From NCBI RefSeq assembly GCF_006345805.1, contig NC_043004.1, forward strand, positions 97,588,001-97,652,000: DNA of 64,000 nucleotides, read 5' to 3'. The DNA comes from Octopus sinensis (Eukaryota). This document shows positions 22,200 through 35,130 of this stretch, one piece after another (position 1 is the stretch's first letter; each line of letters opens with the position of its first letter). The position numbers were made by a program, and so were the translations under genes. The notes beneath the pieces were generated by a model. It worked only from the letters and a program-made list of their open reading frames with translations, ran no database searches and was not told where the DNA came from.

Positions 22200-23240
22200 G
22201 TTATATTTTTTTCATATTTTCATTCTCTTTTGGCATGACATTCAGATGTCCTTATACATCAATGTTCACAGTGCGTTTCTGTTCTCCCCTTGATTACACC
22301 TTTCTCTTTCATCTTATATTGTTTGACAATGTGGCTTTCCCATCGTCTTCGAAAGTCTTCGGAATGGTCTCTATTGTTCATTTGTATACCACTGGCCCAT
22401 CTTTTGTCTGTGAGTCTCGAGGCGTATCGGGTTAAGCGGAACTTGAGCATTTGGTTTCAAATATGTTCCCGTTCTTCAACGATATTCATGTTTTCCATTG
22501 CCCTCTGTGTCTTGCCCATTCATTAAGCTTTCTCACAGAGCATATAAGAACACAAGTAGAATGGTGCTATTCAAGAAAATGCTATGCAAGGTCTCATCTT
22601 TAATCCAAGCAAACATTTATTTTTCACTTTTCTTTTACACAGCGTGAGGTTTCAGTCTTCATATCTAGTCATATATTCGTTGTCTCTCCCAAGTAGAAGT
22701 ATTCATTAACCTCATCTTTTCAGTGTCATCTCTTCTAAGAAATATTGATCTTTGTATTGCGTTTGTAGACTGCTTGTATTTTGTTTTCATGCCGTTTATT
22801 TTAAGGCCAACTTTGGAATTCTGAATGTCTCACTTTGTCAGCATCGGTCTGCAGCCGCTCTGAAAATTCTGCGAAGAGAATGATGTCATCTGCTTTAGGA
22901 GATCGGGTTGAATTAATAACTCGTCATTGATGTTGATACCACTTTTCTAGTCTTTGTCTCTGATAGCCATTTCGAGACATGTGATGAACATCATTGGAGG
23001 GATGGTATCTCCTAGTCTGGTGATATTTCCGACTGAAACTTTCATGGTTGTTGACAGCAAAGCAAACTATAATATTGGCAGATCCCAAGTTCGTCACTGC
23101 GAGAAGTTTGATATATTTCGCCTCAACTCCTTGCATCTCTAAATACTTCAGCATTGCATTTCCTTCTACATTACTAAAGACTTTTTTGTACTCAAAGGTA
23201 ATGTAAAGAGGTAGTTTATACATATTCTTCTGCTCATTTT
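22200..23240 (-). pseudogene. Decayed RTE reverse-transcriptase domain
   Basis: YKLPLYITFEYKKVFSNVE, RLGDTIPPMMFITCLE, ADDIILFA (about 22870-22893) and ASRLTDKRWA occur in RTE order with frameshifts. Confidence 0.82.
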
Positions 23241-23719
23241 AAAAGCTTTTGCAAATCCAACTTCAATGCCCTCGTTGCAGTGTAAAGGCGACAATGGTTG
23301 TTCAGTAAATATGGCAGCAGGGTATTACCCTGGCATGCCGAAACAAGCTACAAAGATACAGTGTTACCGTCTCTACTGAATGATTGTCTTGCAGAAGTGG
23401 ACACAGCCGGGTCACAAGAGGCTGAAAGCTTATAATATATAACGAATTTCTACTTAACCGCTCAGCCATTGGTATGGTCTCACATAGTAGCCAAAACAAA
23501 TTCGAAAAGACAGGCATCAATTCTCTGTTGGCCAATCGGATAGATTTATGGTACCAGAGTGAAATCCAAACGAAACAGGCTATTAAGAATTTAAGAAACG
23601 CATAAGTCGCCCAGAAGTTGGGTAACAAACCTTGCCATATACACCAGAATCTGCAAGTCATTGGCAAGAAAGTCCCAAGTTCCATATGATTCATATGACG
23701 GAAGAAAAAATTAATTAAG

Positions 23720-24130
23720 ATTCTACGAAATATGGGAAAAGAAAGAATTTAAATGTGAAATAGATGGATTGAAATGTCGTGAGGTTGTGGGATTTGATTG
23801 TAAAGAATCGGTGTCAAAAATAGCATTCTGTCGTTTATCTCCATACTCATCGAGAGGCTAAATTTTTTATCTCAGGATATGCGATGTTCAAAATCAACCA
23901 GATATATATTTCCCCACACGTGACAGCAAAGACATTGAAAAGGTTGAATTTTATCACGACACCATAGTTATGGGATATTTCAATGCAAAAGTTAGTGAAG
24001 AGTGGTAGCGAGAAATATTTTGGAAAATTTGCATTCGGAAAATGAAATGAAAGATGAGAACATTTAGTCACTCTAGCTGAGGCAAAAATACTCTACCTTA
24101 GGAACAGTCAGATTAGGAAAAGATATGGAA
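23720..24130 (+). pseudogene. Decayed RTE-type APE endonuclease domain, opposite strand to the adjacent RT
   Basis: QIYFPTRDSKDIEKVEFY..TIVMGYFNAKV..GKFAFGK*NER*EHLVTLAEAK..RNS is a decayed YAPT..MGDFNAKVG..G.RNERG.RL motif. Confidence 0.75.
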
Positions 24131-24947
24131 AGTGATAGACCATGATAACCGTAAACGTGCAGCATCGAAGGTGCTGCGCAGTAGGATTAAATTTTGAATC
24201 ATGTTATTTCAAAAGGTATTTCTCAACCAAATAGCTACATAACCTATGACGAATTATAGAGGAGCCTTTGCGTAGTTATTCAATCTGCTTACTAGACAGT
24301 ATAGTTCCAGATGTGCCAGAAAATAGGTTGGTGACTGCAGGAATCTTATCTGCCCAATTAAGGACAACCTGCGGTTAAACAAAAAGAACAGCAAGATCAA
24401 CTGAAGCATTTTGATAATAGCTACGCTATCTTCTGTATTATAATAACTTGAAATGACAGCGACGGTTGTTTAAAATAACCATTTGTCGCGATTTTATCAA
24501 GAAAATTAACTATGAAAATTATCCAAACAAAAAAAAAATGCATTAGTAGTAAGAATAGATATTTGTTTATCCATTTGGCTAATCTCAATATTGTGTGATA
24601 CTATAATAACCCACGAGCTATAGTGTATCACTATGTCATTGCTTGCACATTATTTCTTCCCTTCCAGTTTCTTACAAACAAATATCCAGTATACAACATG
24701 CGCAGTTAAATAAATAAAAAGACAGTAATTAGTATCTTATGTTTAATCTCTAATTAATGAAACTGTTTCGTGTGACATTGATATCAAACACTGTAGCAAC
24801 AGCCGGAGGCAATAGTTACATAGTGTCTTCAGTACAAAGAAATTTGTATCGGTATTTCAACTCTGTAATACCAGCCTCTTGTGGTGGTAATGTAATTAGA
24901 GGCGTCAAGCACAATATCAGTGAGTATGTGTGTGCGCGTGTATATAT

Positions 24948-25365
24948 TGGCATGGCTGTGTGGTACGTAGCTTGCTTTCCAGTCACATGGCTTTGGGTTC
25001 AGTTCCGCTGCGTGGCACCTTGGGCAAGTGTCTTCTACCATAGCCTCAGACCGACCAAAGCTTGTGAGTGGATTTGGTAGACAGAAACTGAAAGAAGCCT
25101 GTCGTATATATGTGTGTGCACTCGCGTGTATTTATGTGTGTATGTGTGTCTATGTTTGTTCCCCATCCCCGCTAATGCTTTTTAGTTGATGCTGGTGTGT
25201 TTATGTCGCTGTAGCTTAGCGATTCGGCAAAAAGAGCCGATAGAATAAGTACTAAACCCACAAAGAATAATTCCTGGGCTCGACTTCTTCGACTATAACC
25301 CTTTAAGGCGGTTTTCCTGCACGGCCGCAGTCAAATGACTGAAACAAGTAAAAGAATAAAAGAAT
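24948..25365 (+). mobile_element. CORE-type SINE, diverged
   Basis: Head, CORE and tail recognisable. Confidence 0.82.
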
Positions 25366-25441
25366 GTGTGTGTGTGTGTGTGCGCGCGCGCGCGCGTGTG
25401 TGTATGTGGTAGACAGAAACTGAAAAGAGCCCGTCGTATTC

Positions 25442-25477
<36 letters not shown>

Positions 25478-25679
25478 CAAAATAAGGAAATGGAGAAATA
25501 CATCTTAATCAATAATCAACTACCAGATAATACCCAATCACATAATTTATTAAATCACTACATATGAACATTAAGGTCAAACAACTTTGTTGGGTGCTTT
25601 ATTAGCAGTATATTGGATACATGTTATCCCATGGTGGGTTGCACTCACAACCCCTATCTCAATTTATATATATATATAT

Positions 25680-25885
25680 ATTTGTGTGTATGTCTACGTT
25701 TGTCGCCCTACCATCGCTTGACAACCGATGTTGGTGTATTTACGACCCCGTTACTTAGCGGTTCGGCAAAAGAGACCGATAGAATAAGTACTAGGCTTAC
25801 AAAGACTAAGTTCTGGGGGCGATTAAAGATGGTGCTCCAGTATGGCCGTAGTCAAATGACGGAAACGCGTAAAAGAATAAAAGAA
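25680..25885 (+). mobile_element. CORE-type SINE, 3' half only
   Basis: CATCGCTTGACAACCGATG..GGTTCGGCAAAAGAGACCGATAG..AAATGACGGAAAC. Confidence 0.8.
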
Positions 25886-26030
25886 TGAAAGAGTATATAC
25901 ATCGGATCAACTCGTACACACGTCGTCGTAATCGACGGAGTGCCAGAGAATAATACAACCCCCCCACACACACCTACACACATTGGTGTGTGTGAGTATG
26001 TGCGCACATGCTTATACACATCTTTCTTTC

Positions 26031-26092
<62 letters not shown>

Positions 26093-26096
<4 letters not shown>

Positions 26097-26400
26097 AGAG
26101 TGACCACTATAAGGTCGACTCTGGCGCTAAAAATAGATCCGCTGTGGTATTAACCACTAAAAAATTGTTTCCAAGGAAAGTCGGCGAGCGGTTTAATAAA
26201 TTGTATTCTAGACAAATTCTGCTGATGACCTATAGATGTTGTGTAAGTAAAATTGCATTTACATTAATAGCGAAACAATTGTCCAGAGTTAATCTATATT
26301 TTTTGTTATTTTTCAAATGCCCTGCTCGTTTTTTAGTGGCTAATACCATAGCGGATTTATTTTTAGGGCCAGAGTCGACCTTATGGTGGTCACTCTCTTA
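26093..26400. mobile_element. MITE with 60-bp TIRs inserted in (TA)n
   Basis: 26093-26152 versus 26341-26400 shows 4 mismatches in 60 bp by my alignment. Confidence 0.88.
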
Positions 26401-26620
26401 TATATGTGTATATAAATTTTTTATTGTATCCCTGGTTTTTTATGCGCTAAGCCACTTGGTGTTAAATTGATGGTATTATTAAATTAATATCCAACTTTCC
26501 ACCCTTATTTTTTTATATATATATATTCTATATTTGTGAAAAGGGCGGACGTTGTCTCACAAGTAGTTGTGCAGGCAAAAGTGTTAGTAAATGTGGTCGG
26601 ATTGACCTAAAAGTTTGCAT

Positions 26621-26745
26621 ATAGGCGTAGGAGTGGCAGTGTGGCAAGTAGCATGCTTGGTAAGTCCTAGAGGCGATTTATTCGACTAAAGGCGGTGCTC
26701 CAGCATGGCCGTAGTAAAAATGACTGAAACGAATAAAAGAATAAC
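26621..26745 (+). mobile_element. Miniature CORE-family SINE (head start fused to tail)
   Basis: ATAGGCGTAGGAGTGGCAGTGTGG.. is joined to TAAGTCCT..CGACTAAAGGCGGTGCTCCAGCATGGCC..TGACTGAAAC. Confidence 0.75.
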
Positions 26746-26882
26746 ACCTGTGTTGAAAGTGCTCGGGAGTTCGCATGGCAACTTTGAGTTTGCTCAATTT
26801 TAAGGCATGGCCTCTAGGGCAAAATTTCTCACCTTTGAAATGTGGCCCGAGTAGACCCGAATGAAATCGGGTTATAATACTA

Positions 26883-26922
<40 letters not shown>

Positions 26923-26925
<3 letters not shown>

Positions 26926-27045
26926 CTGCTCGCTTAGCCAGCGGGGTGGCGTCATTCGAAGGCTAAAACAAAGCGAACGCAGTGTGACCAGCGATGTGTA
27001 ACAACATCTGATGGTCTGGTAGGTCACGTGATCACGTGACGTGAT
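26923..27045 (+). mobile_element. Stand-alone (5'-truncated) RTE-related tail T2 in (TA)n
   Basis: Nearly identical to about 12195-12308 and flanked by (TA)n on both sides. Confidence 0.88.
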
Positions 27046-27069
27046 ATATATATATATATTGCGTAATGC

Positions 27070-27500
27070 GATAAAAAAAGGGTGTATAGATATTAGAGCA
27101 TTTATAGATAGAAGGTCTTACAGCTGTTTCTAGGATATCAATTAATAATATCCCTTCAGTGGAGACGGTGTGAGAGGAAAAATTAAGTCATAGGAAGTTT
27201 CGATGTGATATGAATAGAGAGTGAGGTGGTAGAAAGAAAATAGATGTAAGATATGTATGGGTATTATTGAGTTCGTAAATCCGTTTTATAGGCATAATGG
27301 TATATATGTGTAATATTCCAATATTCTTTGAGTAAGATCCAAAAGTCCAACAGAGTTTAATATGAGTCCATCCAGATGTAGAGTTTATAAGCAATGAAAG
27401 ATTCTCTTAAAGTTGGTCATTCCCAGTAGGGAATTTATATATAGTGTAGTAGATTCAAGTCTTGTGTTTAAACAGTTGTAGATATAGCCAGGTCATCGAC
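27070..27500 (-). mobile_element. Probable Penelope-like 3' remnant with a degenerate hammerhead-like motif
   Basis: Minus strand CTGAAG-GGATAT-loop-ATATCC-TA-GAA-ACAGCTGT-A at about 27118-27160. Upstream LRESFIAYKL resembles a PLE endonuclease end. Confidence 0.45.
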
Positions 27501-27519
27501 GATTTTGTACTTTGCCGCT

Positions 27520-27938
27520 TACTCTTTACTCTTTTACTCTTTTACTTGTTTCAGTCATTTGACTGCGGCCATGCTGGAGCACCGCCTTTAGTCGAGCAAA
27601 TCGACCCCGGGACTTATTTTTTGTAAGCCCAGTACTTATTCTATCGGTCTCTTTTGCCGAACCGCTAAGTGACGGGGACGTAGACACACCAGCATCGGTT
27701 GTCAAGCAATGCTAGGGGGACAAACACAGACACACAAACGCACACATACATACATATATATATACATATATACGACAGGCTTCTTTCAGTTTCCGTCTAC
27801 CAAATCCACTCACAAGGCATTGGTCGGCCCGGGGCTATAGCAGACGTCACTTGCCCAAGATGCCACGCAGTGGGACTGAACCCGGAACCATGTGGTTGGT
27901 TAGCAAGCTACTTACCACACAGCCACTCATGCGCCTAT
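27520..27938 (-). mobile_element. CORE-type SINE, full length
   Basis: Near-identical to 8606-9022. Confidence 0.9.
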
Positions 27939-28204
27939 ACGCTTAACGTATTTTAACACTCATCTCCTTGTGATGGTGAGATGGGCTTAACACTAGACGC
28001 GGTGAGAGCTAGCGATGAGCGTTAAGATGCGTTCAGCATCAAAATACGAAATCATCGATGATCTGGCTATATCTGCGACGTGGATATTGAGTTGTTTTGA
28101 CTCCTATTTCTAGCAATGCTGATACTGATTAGTGAACTTTATTGACATATACACACGCACATGCTACTATGTAAATACAAATATAAATACACACACACAC
28201 ACAT

Positions 28205-28597
28205 ATAAGGCGTGGCTGTGTAGTAAGAAGCTTGCTTCCCAACCACATGTTTCCGAGTTCATTCACACTGCGTGGCACCTTGAGCAAGTATCTTCTACTA
28301 CAACCTTGAGCCGACGAAAGTATTGTAAGTGGATTTGGTAGACGGAAAGTGAAAGAAGCCCGTCATATATAAACATGTGGGTGTGTGTGTATTTATGTTT
28401 GTGTCCTTGTCACTGTGTTTGTCACCCCCATACCGCTTGACAACCGGTGTTGGTTTGTTTACTTCCTCGTTATATAGTGGTTCGGCGAAAGAGACCGATA
28501 GAATAGGTGCTAAGCTTAAGAAAATAAGTCCTGGGACGAAAACCCTCCAAGGTGGTACTTCAGCTTGGCTGCAATCAAATGACTGAAACAAGTAAAA

Positions 28598-28600
<3 letters not shown>
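28205..28600 (+). mobile_element. CORE-type SINE, diverged
   Basis: Head, CORE and tail recognisable. Confidence 0.82.
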
Positions 28601-28638
<38 letters not shown>

Positions 28639-28644
28639 TATATC

Positions 28645-28822
28645 GTTAGCCACTACACACATTTTTTCTCTCCTTGTTTCTCGACTTGTTTTTTCTGTGT
28701 CCCTTTCTGTAGAAGAGCATAGGCACGAAAGTAAGACTCTTTCTATTCCTGAGCGTTATACTAATACATCTGTTTGTTTTGTACACCACCTATCTTCGTC
28801 TTTTGTTTTTTCGTAAACTCTC
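28645..28822 (+). mobile_element. (TA)n-flanked short element with a degenerate hammerhead-like word set, probably PLE-derived
   Basis: CTTT-CTGTAGA-A-GAGCATAGGCAC-GAAAGTA at about 28703-28733, bounded by (TA)n. Confidence 0.4.
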
Positions 28823-29180
<358 letters not shown>

Positions 29181-29399
29181 TATGATAAATACAGACATAA
29201 CATAAATACACCGGTTCTCAACACTTGTAAAATGTCGATGGTAAATATTTTCTTCATGTGAGCATTGTGATTCTCTCCAGGAAGCCTAGTACTAGACAAT
29301 GGAAACCACGAATCGTTGAAAAATAAAGTTAAATACGAGTTTTCTTACAAGCAAACGGGACAGGTGAAGTAACAAAACAGTGAAAGGTGCCTTAGTATT

Positions 29400-29900
29400 T
29401 ATGACTACTAAAATCTATACGAATTGTACATGAAGTGTAATATATTTATCATATACATGCTCATTGTAGGATAGATAAACATATTAAAAACTTCTTCAAG
29501 CAGAACACAAAATGCATTCACAAAGCGATAGATTGATTTTAATAGTTAATCTTCTGTAAAAACAATAAATTTTGAAGCCTTTTTATCAACAACAAACCGC
29601 AAACTTGTATGGGTGCCAAGAAGATTGTAATGACAAATGCGATTTAGCACCAGAACGTCAAAGTTGTAAACTTCATGAATCTAACTGATATCTTAGACAT
29701 ACAATAACATCACTATCTCGTCGACTCACTATGCATTTACAAAATGGAATTATTTCAATGCAATACACCACAAGCGCAATACAAATTTACCTGAAAATAT
29801 AAATATTAATGTTTAACACGTTCATGCATTACAGAATCTCCACAATAACAGATAAGTGATAGAGGCAATTCTCATTCAGCAGAACAACATTAAAATAAAT
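29400..29900 (+). pseudogene. Penelope-like GIY-YIG endonuclease relic
   Basis: LRHTITSLSRRLTMHLQNG and IEAILIQQNNIKIN resemble YIG.T.T.LSRRLTMH..EAI.I....P.IN. Confidence 0.55.
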
Positions 29901-30262
29901 ATACGTACAAAAAAATCTAATGGCCAGTCATATCGAGCTTACAATAAGGTTGCAGCAACACACTCCAACATCACTTCAAGCTGATGGCAAATGCCTGGAG
30001 GTTTAGAAAAAATTCCTGATGGATTTAAGAACTTACTACGCAAAAAAACATTGCAAGACACGAACATGAACTGTGATAAGAAAAATATGAATCAGGAACA
30101 TAGTTCAATACAAAAATACATACGAAAAAGAAGAAACAGTTCCTCACATGAGTGTGTGTTTGAGTCTGCGTGTGTGTGTGTGTGTTTGTGTGTGCGCACG
30201 TATGCGTGTTCATTATTTATATATATGTGCTCAAATTCAAAAACATGTATTTATATACATAT

Positions 30263-30655
30263 ATAGGCGTAGGAGTGGCTGTGTGGTTAGTAGCTTACTT
30301 ACGAACCACATAGTTCCGGGTTCAGTCCCACTGCGTGGCACCTTGGGCAAGTGTCTTCTACCATAGCCTCGGGCCGACCAAAGCCTTGTCAGTGGATTTG
30401 GTAGACGGAAACTGAAAGAAGCCTGTCGTATATATGTATATATATGTGTATGTTTGTGTGTTGTGTTTGTCCTCCCCCCAACATTGCTTGACAACCGATG
30501 CTGGTGTGTTTACGTCCCGTGACTTAGCGGTTCGGCAAAAGAGACCGATAGAATAAGTACTAGGCTTACAAAGAATAAGTCCTGGGTCGATTTCCTCGAC
30601 TAAAGGCGGTGCTCCAGCATGGCCGCAGTCAAATGACTGAAACAAGTAAATGAGT
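30263..30655 (+). mobile_element. CORE-type SINE, full length
   Basis: Near-consensus copy. Confidence 0.9.
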
Positions 30656-30672
30656 ATATATATATATATATA

Positions 30673-31851
30673 TTAAGGTATGTAGAAAAATACAACATGG
30701 ACAAGAACGTATAACTCTTAGAAGACGGTACAATAAACATGGACAAGACATTCGAAACCCTCAGTCTTCAGTCAAGAACCGGATCATCGTAGTAATTTCG
30801 GCTGATTAATCTTGAGATTACTAGATCACGGCCAGCCCTCCAAGAAAAACTAAGCAACGAGCATTAGAAAAACTAAGCTGGAAGCGTAGATTTCCTGGAA
30901 GAAGGATCGAATGCATACGAACACCAGGACAGCAAAAGGGACAGATATAAAAAAAAAAAAAAAACAATAATGGAATACAGAAACATGAAATACAGAAGCA
31001 TTAACGGTGAAAACAACAAGTGTCTTACGACTGATAACAAGCAAACAAATTTTTTCTCTGGCGCATTGGAAGAAGCCTTTATGCGGCGGACGAAAAACAA
31101 CGATGTAACACGACGAGGGTCAGGAGCTGAAAGGCAGATTTCGGCCAACAGTCACGTGACAGAGAAGAGGGAAAAGAAAGAAAGAGAAGCAAAGGAGAGA
31201 GAGAGAGAGGAGGGACAAACGCAACAAAGAGAGAGAAGAGAGAGAAAGAAGGAATCAGAGAGGAGAAGGGATGGGTGTCGAAGAATGACCTGTGAGTGCA
31301 GAGCGAGACAAAGAAATAGGAGGGTAGTGGAAGACTAGACCAAAGAATCAGAGGAAAGAGAAGAGAAAAAGAGGATGAGTAGAGAGAAAAGAGAGAGAGG
31401 GGGACAGATCAAGTAAAAATGAGAGAGAGAGAGAGACAAACAGAGAGTCGTACCAATTATTAAGAATATGTGCTCACATTAATGATAAGGGGGGTACGGG
31501 GCGCCTGGAATATATGTTAAGGTATGTAGAAAAATACAACATGGACAAGAACGTATAACTCTTAGAAGACGGTACAATAAACATGGACAAGACATTCGAA
31601 ACCCTCAGTCTTCAGTCAAGAACCGGATCATCGTAGTAATTTCGGCTGATTAATCTTGAGATTACTAGATCACGGCCAGCCCTCCAAGAAAACTAAGCAA
31701 CGAGCATTAGAAAAACTAAGCTGGAAGCGTAGATTTCCTGGAAGAAGGATCGAACATACGAACACCAGGACAGCAAAAGGGACAGATATAAAAAAAACAA
31801 AAAACAATAATGGAATACAGAAACATGAAATACAGAAGCATTAACGGTGAA

Positions 31852-31859
<8 letters not shown>
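30673..31859 (-). mobile_element. Non-coding element with about 345-bp direct terminal repeats and a 497-bp purine-rich core, flanked by (TA)n
   Basis: Repeats at 30673-31019 and 31517-31859 differ only by a few indels and A-run changes. No TG..CA ends. Strand assigned from the CTGAAGA..CGAA words. Confidence 0.8.
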
Positions 31860-31883
<24 letters not shown>

Positions 31884-31909
31884 CTGTATTACACACACAC
31901 ATACACACA

Positions 31910-33723
31910 TTAGAGGTACCGAAAATTGATGTATTTTCAAGCAAATAGCCTGTCGTCTTGCCACAAATGGTTTACAAGCCAATAAAACCTATGTTTGCAA
32001 TCAACCAATGAGCATAGAGTTAATGACCGAACACTAATGTGCACACACCTTGTGTGTGTGTATATATGCTTTGTCCGATAACCATGAAATACAAGTGTCA
32101 CGAGTGCTGTTGGTTGTGTCACCAAAGTCGCCATAGGTCATTATGTGTCGTTGACTGCTGTTGGTGAGTTGCTGAACGAAGACATATTTCGTTGGCTGCA
32201 CGAATAATTGAAGCAAAACCCGTGAACGTTTAACTGAAGTATTTATTGTCATACAAGACAATCTGCGTCGACCGTTTACAGTTACATCAATAATTAGTAC
32301 AGATTGGGTGAGATACTGCTCTGACATTGCAGAAAGCTATTGGTACGGCAACCAGCGGTCGCAGAATATATTTGATACCAACTGCGCTATCTTCGCGGCG
32401 ATAGAGGTTCTTAGTCATCTATCCAAATCCTTCTGCGTTGGCCATCTGCGTTGACTGCCTGTGCTGACCATTTGTCCAAATACCTGAAACCATAGTGTGG
32501 AGGCACATATCGCTCAGCCGTCTTTCAACACTCTAACATTAATTACCACAAAAAAAACTGTCTTTTATAAGGTACAAGAAGATTCTAGAAGACTAAACTA
32601 CACTACAGCTTGATACTGTTTGGTTGCTTACTAGCCCGATCACGTGAAGCTGTTGTGCTCGTTCGTGGCTTCTGACCGATTATCTAGCGACTGGGATTTC
32701 GAATCACAGCTACAGAAGACTTTAGTAAGCTGCATATTCGGCATTGCAAGCTTTACGAATTTCGTAAGGGCTACAATACAACATGAGCCCATGAAAACAA
32801 ATTTACTAATATCCTGATGGTTTGAATGTTCAAAAAGGCCGATGGTGGTTTAGAAAACTTTTAAAACGGTGCTTTCTATCTTTGAGTGTGTATCATCAAA
32901 AAGACCAACGTCTCTCGATAATTATGTAGTGAAAACAGTAGTTGAAACGGATCTGAGACAAAGTTTTGGGGGACATCGGCCCAGTATGCAAGATCATGTT
33001 AAGTAGATTGGGAATTGTATAGAAAAGAGAATTAGGTACCTTTCTTGACGTCTCCTGAGAAAAAGCAGTGCGTTCAACAATTTGCAACATTTCGCTGATC
33101 AGGAATGAACAGGAGATGAGAAATGGATAGTCTATACCAACATTAAACGTAAGAATTGGGGGATAACGCCAAGTAAAAATCCAGTTCCAACACGCAAACC
33201 AGATCTTCACTCAAAGAAGGTCTTGCTGTATATTTGGTGGAACACAACAGATGTTCACTGTGAATTAGAATGAAGGAGAAGCTTTCACTTCAGAATTTTA
33301 CTGTCAATAACTTGTACGTGTCATTGAAGTTTTTTCTCATAAACAACCATTTCTGTTAAATAGAATGGGAGTCATTCTGCAACATGGTAATGCAAAACTA
33401 TATTCAGCGAAGAAAAGATAAATTCATTTGAGTGAGAAGCTCGACCTCACCTCCTCTATTCATGAGAATTATCACCTCATCAGATTTTCACTCATTCAAG
33501 GTCACTTGAACACTTTTAGCAGTGGAAAAGTATTCAGAAGCAGGGACAATGTCGAAACGACAATCAAAAGTTCTTCTCTTCTGAAGAACCCTTTTTTTTG
33601 TACAAAGAAACAGAAAACTGTTTTCGAGGTGGGAAATGTCGAATGAATAAATATATTTACGGTATGTCTCATGTTGATTTGAGCTCATCATGAGTAAAGC
33701 AACATTAATTTTCGGTACCTCAA
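31910..33723 (+). mobile_element. Degenerate mariner with both TIRs
   Basis: TIRs GAGGTACCGAAAATTGATGT (31913-) and ACATTAATTTTCGGTACCTC (-33721). The relic ORF from about 32725 reads KLHIRHCKLYEFRKG, DEKWIVY, KPDLHSKKVLLYIWW and ILQHGNAK. Confidence 0.85.
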
Positions 33724-33839
33724 TACACACACACACATGCAAGCAAGCACACACACACACACACACACATGCTTTCATATTGTCGATGGTCGAGGCCTTA
33801 GCATTTAAAGTCACGATAGAGCCCGAAGGTAATCCATCA

Positions 33840-35130
33840 CGTATCTTCTCTTGTGTGGACACGAATTAAATATCTCGCTTCAGTAGTTTAGGTAGGTATC
33901 TGGTTGGAGCTAAGTTTTCAATATAATCCTTTTCTCGGTTATACATAACCTGCACTTTCCGTTACTGCCAAAATAATGCTTGCACGTCTCCAGGATTTTT
34001 TATTCTATGTTGTAATCCGTGGCACTTTCCTTCAATAACCATATGTGATTAACTATAGCTGTGCAATTGCGACTCAACTGGATATTAAAGACGGTTTTAT
34101 GGTTGTTAAATATGGTTCTGCAAGTACCTTTTCTCATATCTACATACTTCCACACGTTGGGCTGCCCAGTGAATTACTTTGACATCAACCCTGCCTAATA
34201 TACAACTATTTTGTGTTGCAGCGACCGTTAAGGAGATACGTGGTTTTGCCTCTGTCATGCCTGACCTCTTTCTCACGTGTGTATCTACCTATTAATATTT
34301 TCTTGATATTGGGTGCACAACTAAAAGAACTTCTTTAAGCGTGTTTGTTAAATATTTTATGGAACCTTTTTGTAGAAGGAAAATGTTTGTCTACTAAACT
34401 AAGGAAGATCCTACCAACACAAGATTTTATGCTTAGGAAGCAGTTGATGTGAACCACAACATTTTCCGGTGGTGCTTCCTCCTAGTGGGTTATTAATCCT
34501 ATTCTTAACTTAACTTATTCATAAAACTATTGGCAGTCAATGCCTTTTTATAGTATTGGACAACAGCGTCAAACATCTCTTTAATTGAAGGTAGGATAGA
34601 ATTTTTTTCTGTACACCCTCTTCACAAGGCTCCTTAAGCCGCTAGTTAGATGACAGAAAGCTGTGTTGATGTATTTCAACCTCTCATTCAACTTCCTAAA
34701 CGGCCTGTAGGTAACAGATTCCAAGTCTGGGGTCAGATGATCAAGAACATCAGCCGTCTTCATGATGGTTTCCATTGTAATCTTGAGGCTAAGAAAATTC
34801 AGGTTGTTGGTTAAGTCTTTCCTAAACCCGCCAAATGTGTGGCCATTCCCTTTTTCAATATTGCCAAAGCATCGTCTCACTAGAGGCTAATGCTGGTTAA
34901 GTGGAATCTCTTATTAAGTAAATCTAAGACGGAAATATCAACGAGATCACATACACTTGAGCGCTGTTGAGGATATTCATTGCTACATTGAAAGAAACCT
35001 AGACTAGTCCTTTGCTAAAGAGTTGTGTTTTTTGGCATTGTTGACATTCTTGGTCAGCTTCTTGCTTACCAGGCTGATATCTGACTTCACAGATTTGATT
35101 GGATGATATTTGAGGTGATATAACACGTGA
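33840..35130 (-). pseudogene. Penelope-like element relic: RT plus GIY-YIG endonuclease
   Basis: SAQV.DLV..SL**DDALA (decayed YRDD at 34871-34882), YRPFRKLNERLKYIN, VGRIFLSLVDKHFP, YVDMRKGTCRTIFNNHK and GKCRLCITEK..SEIFNSCPHKRRY occur in PLE order. Confidence 0.88.
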
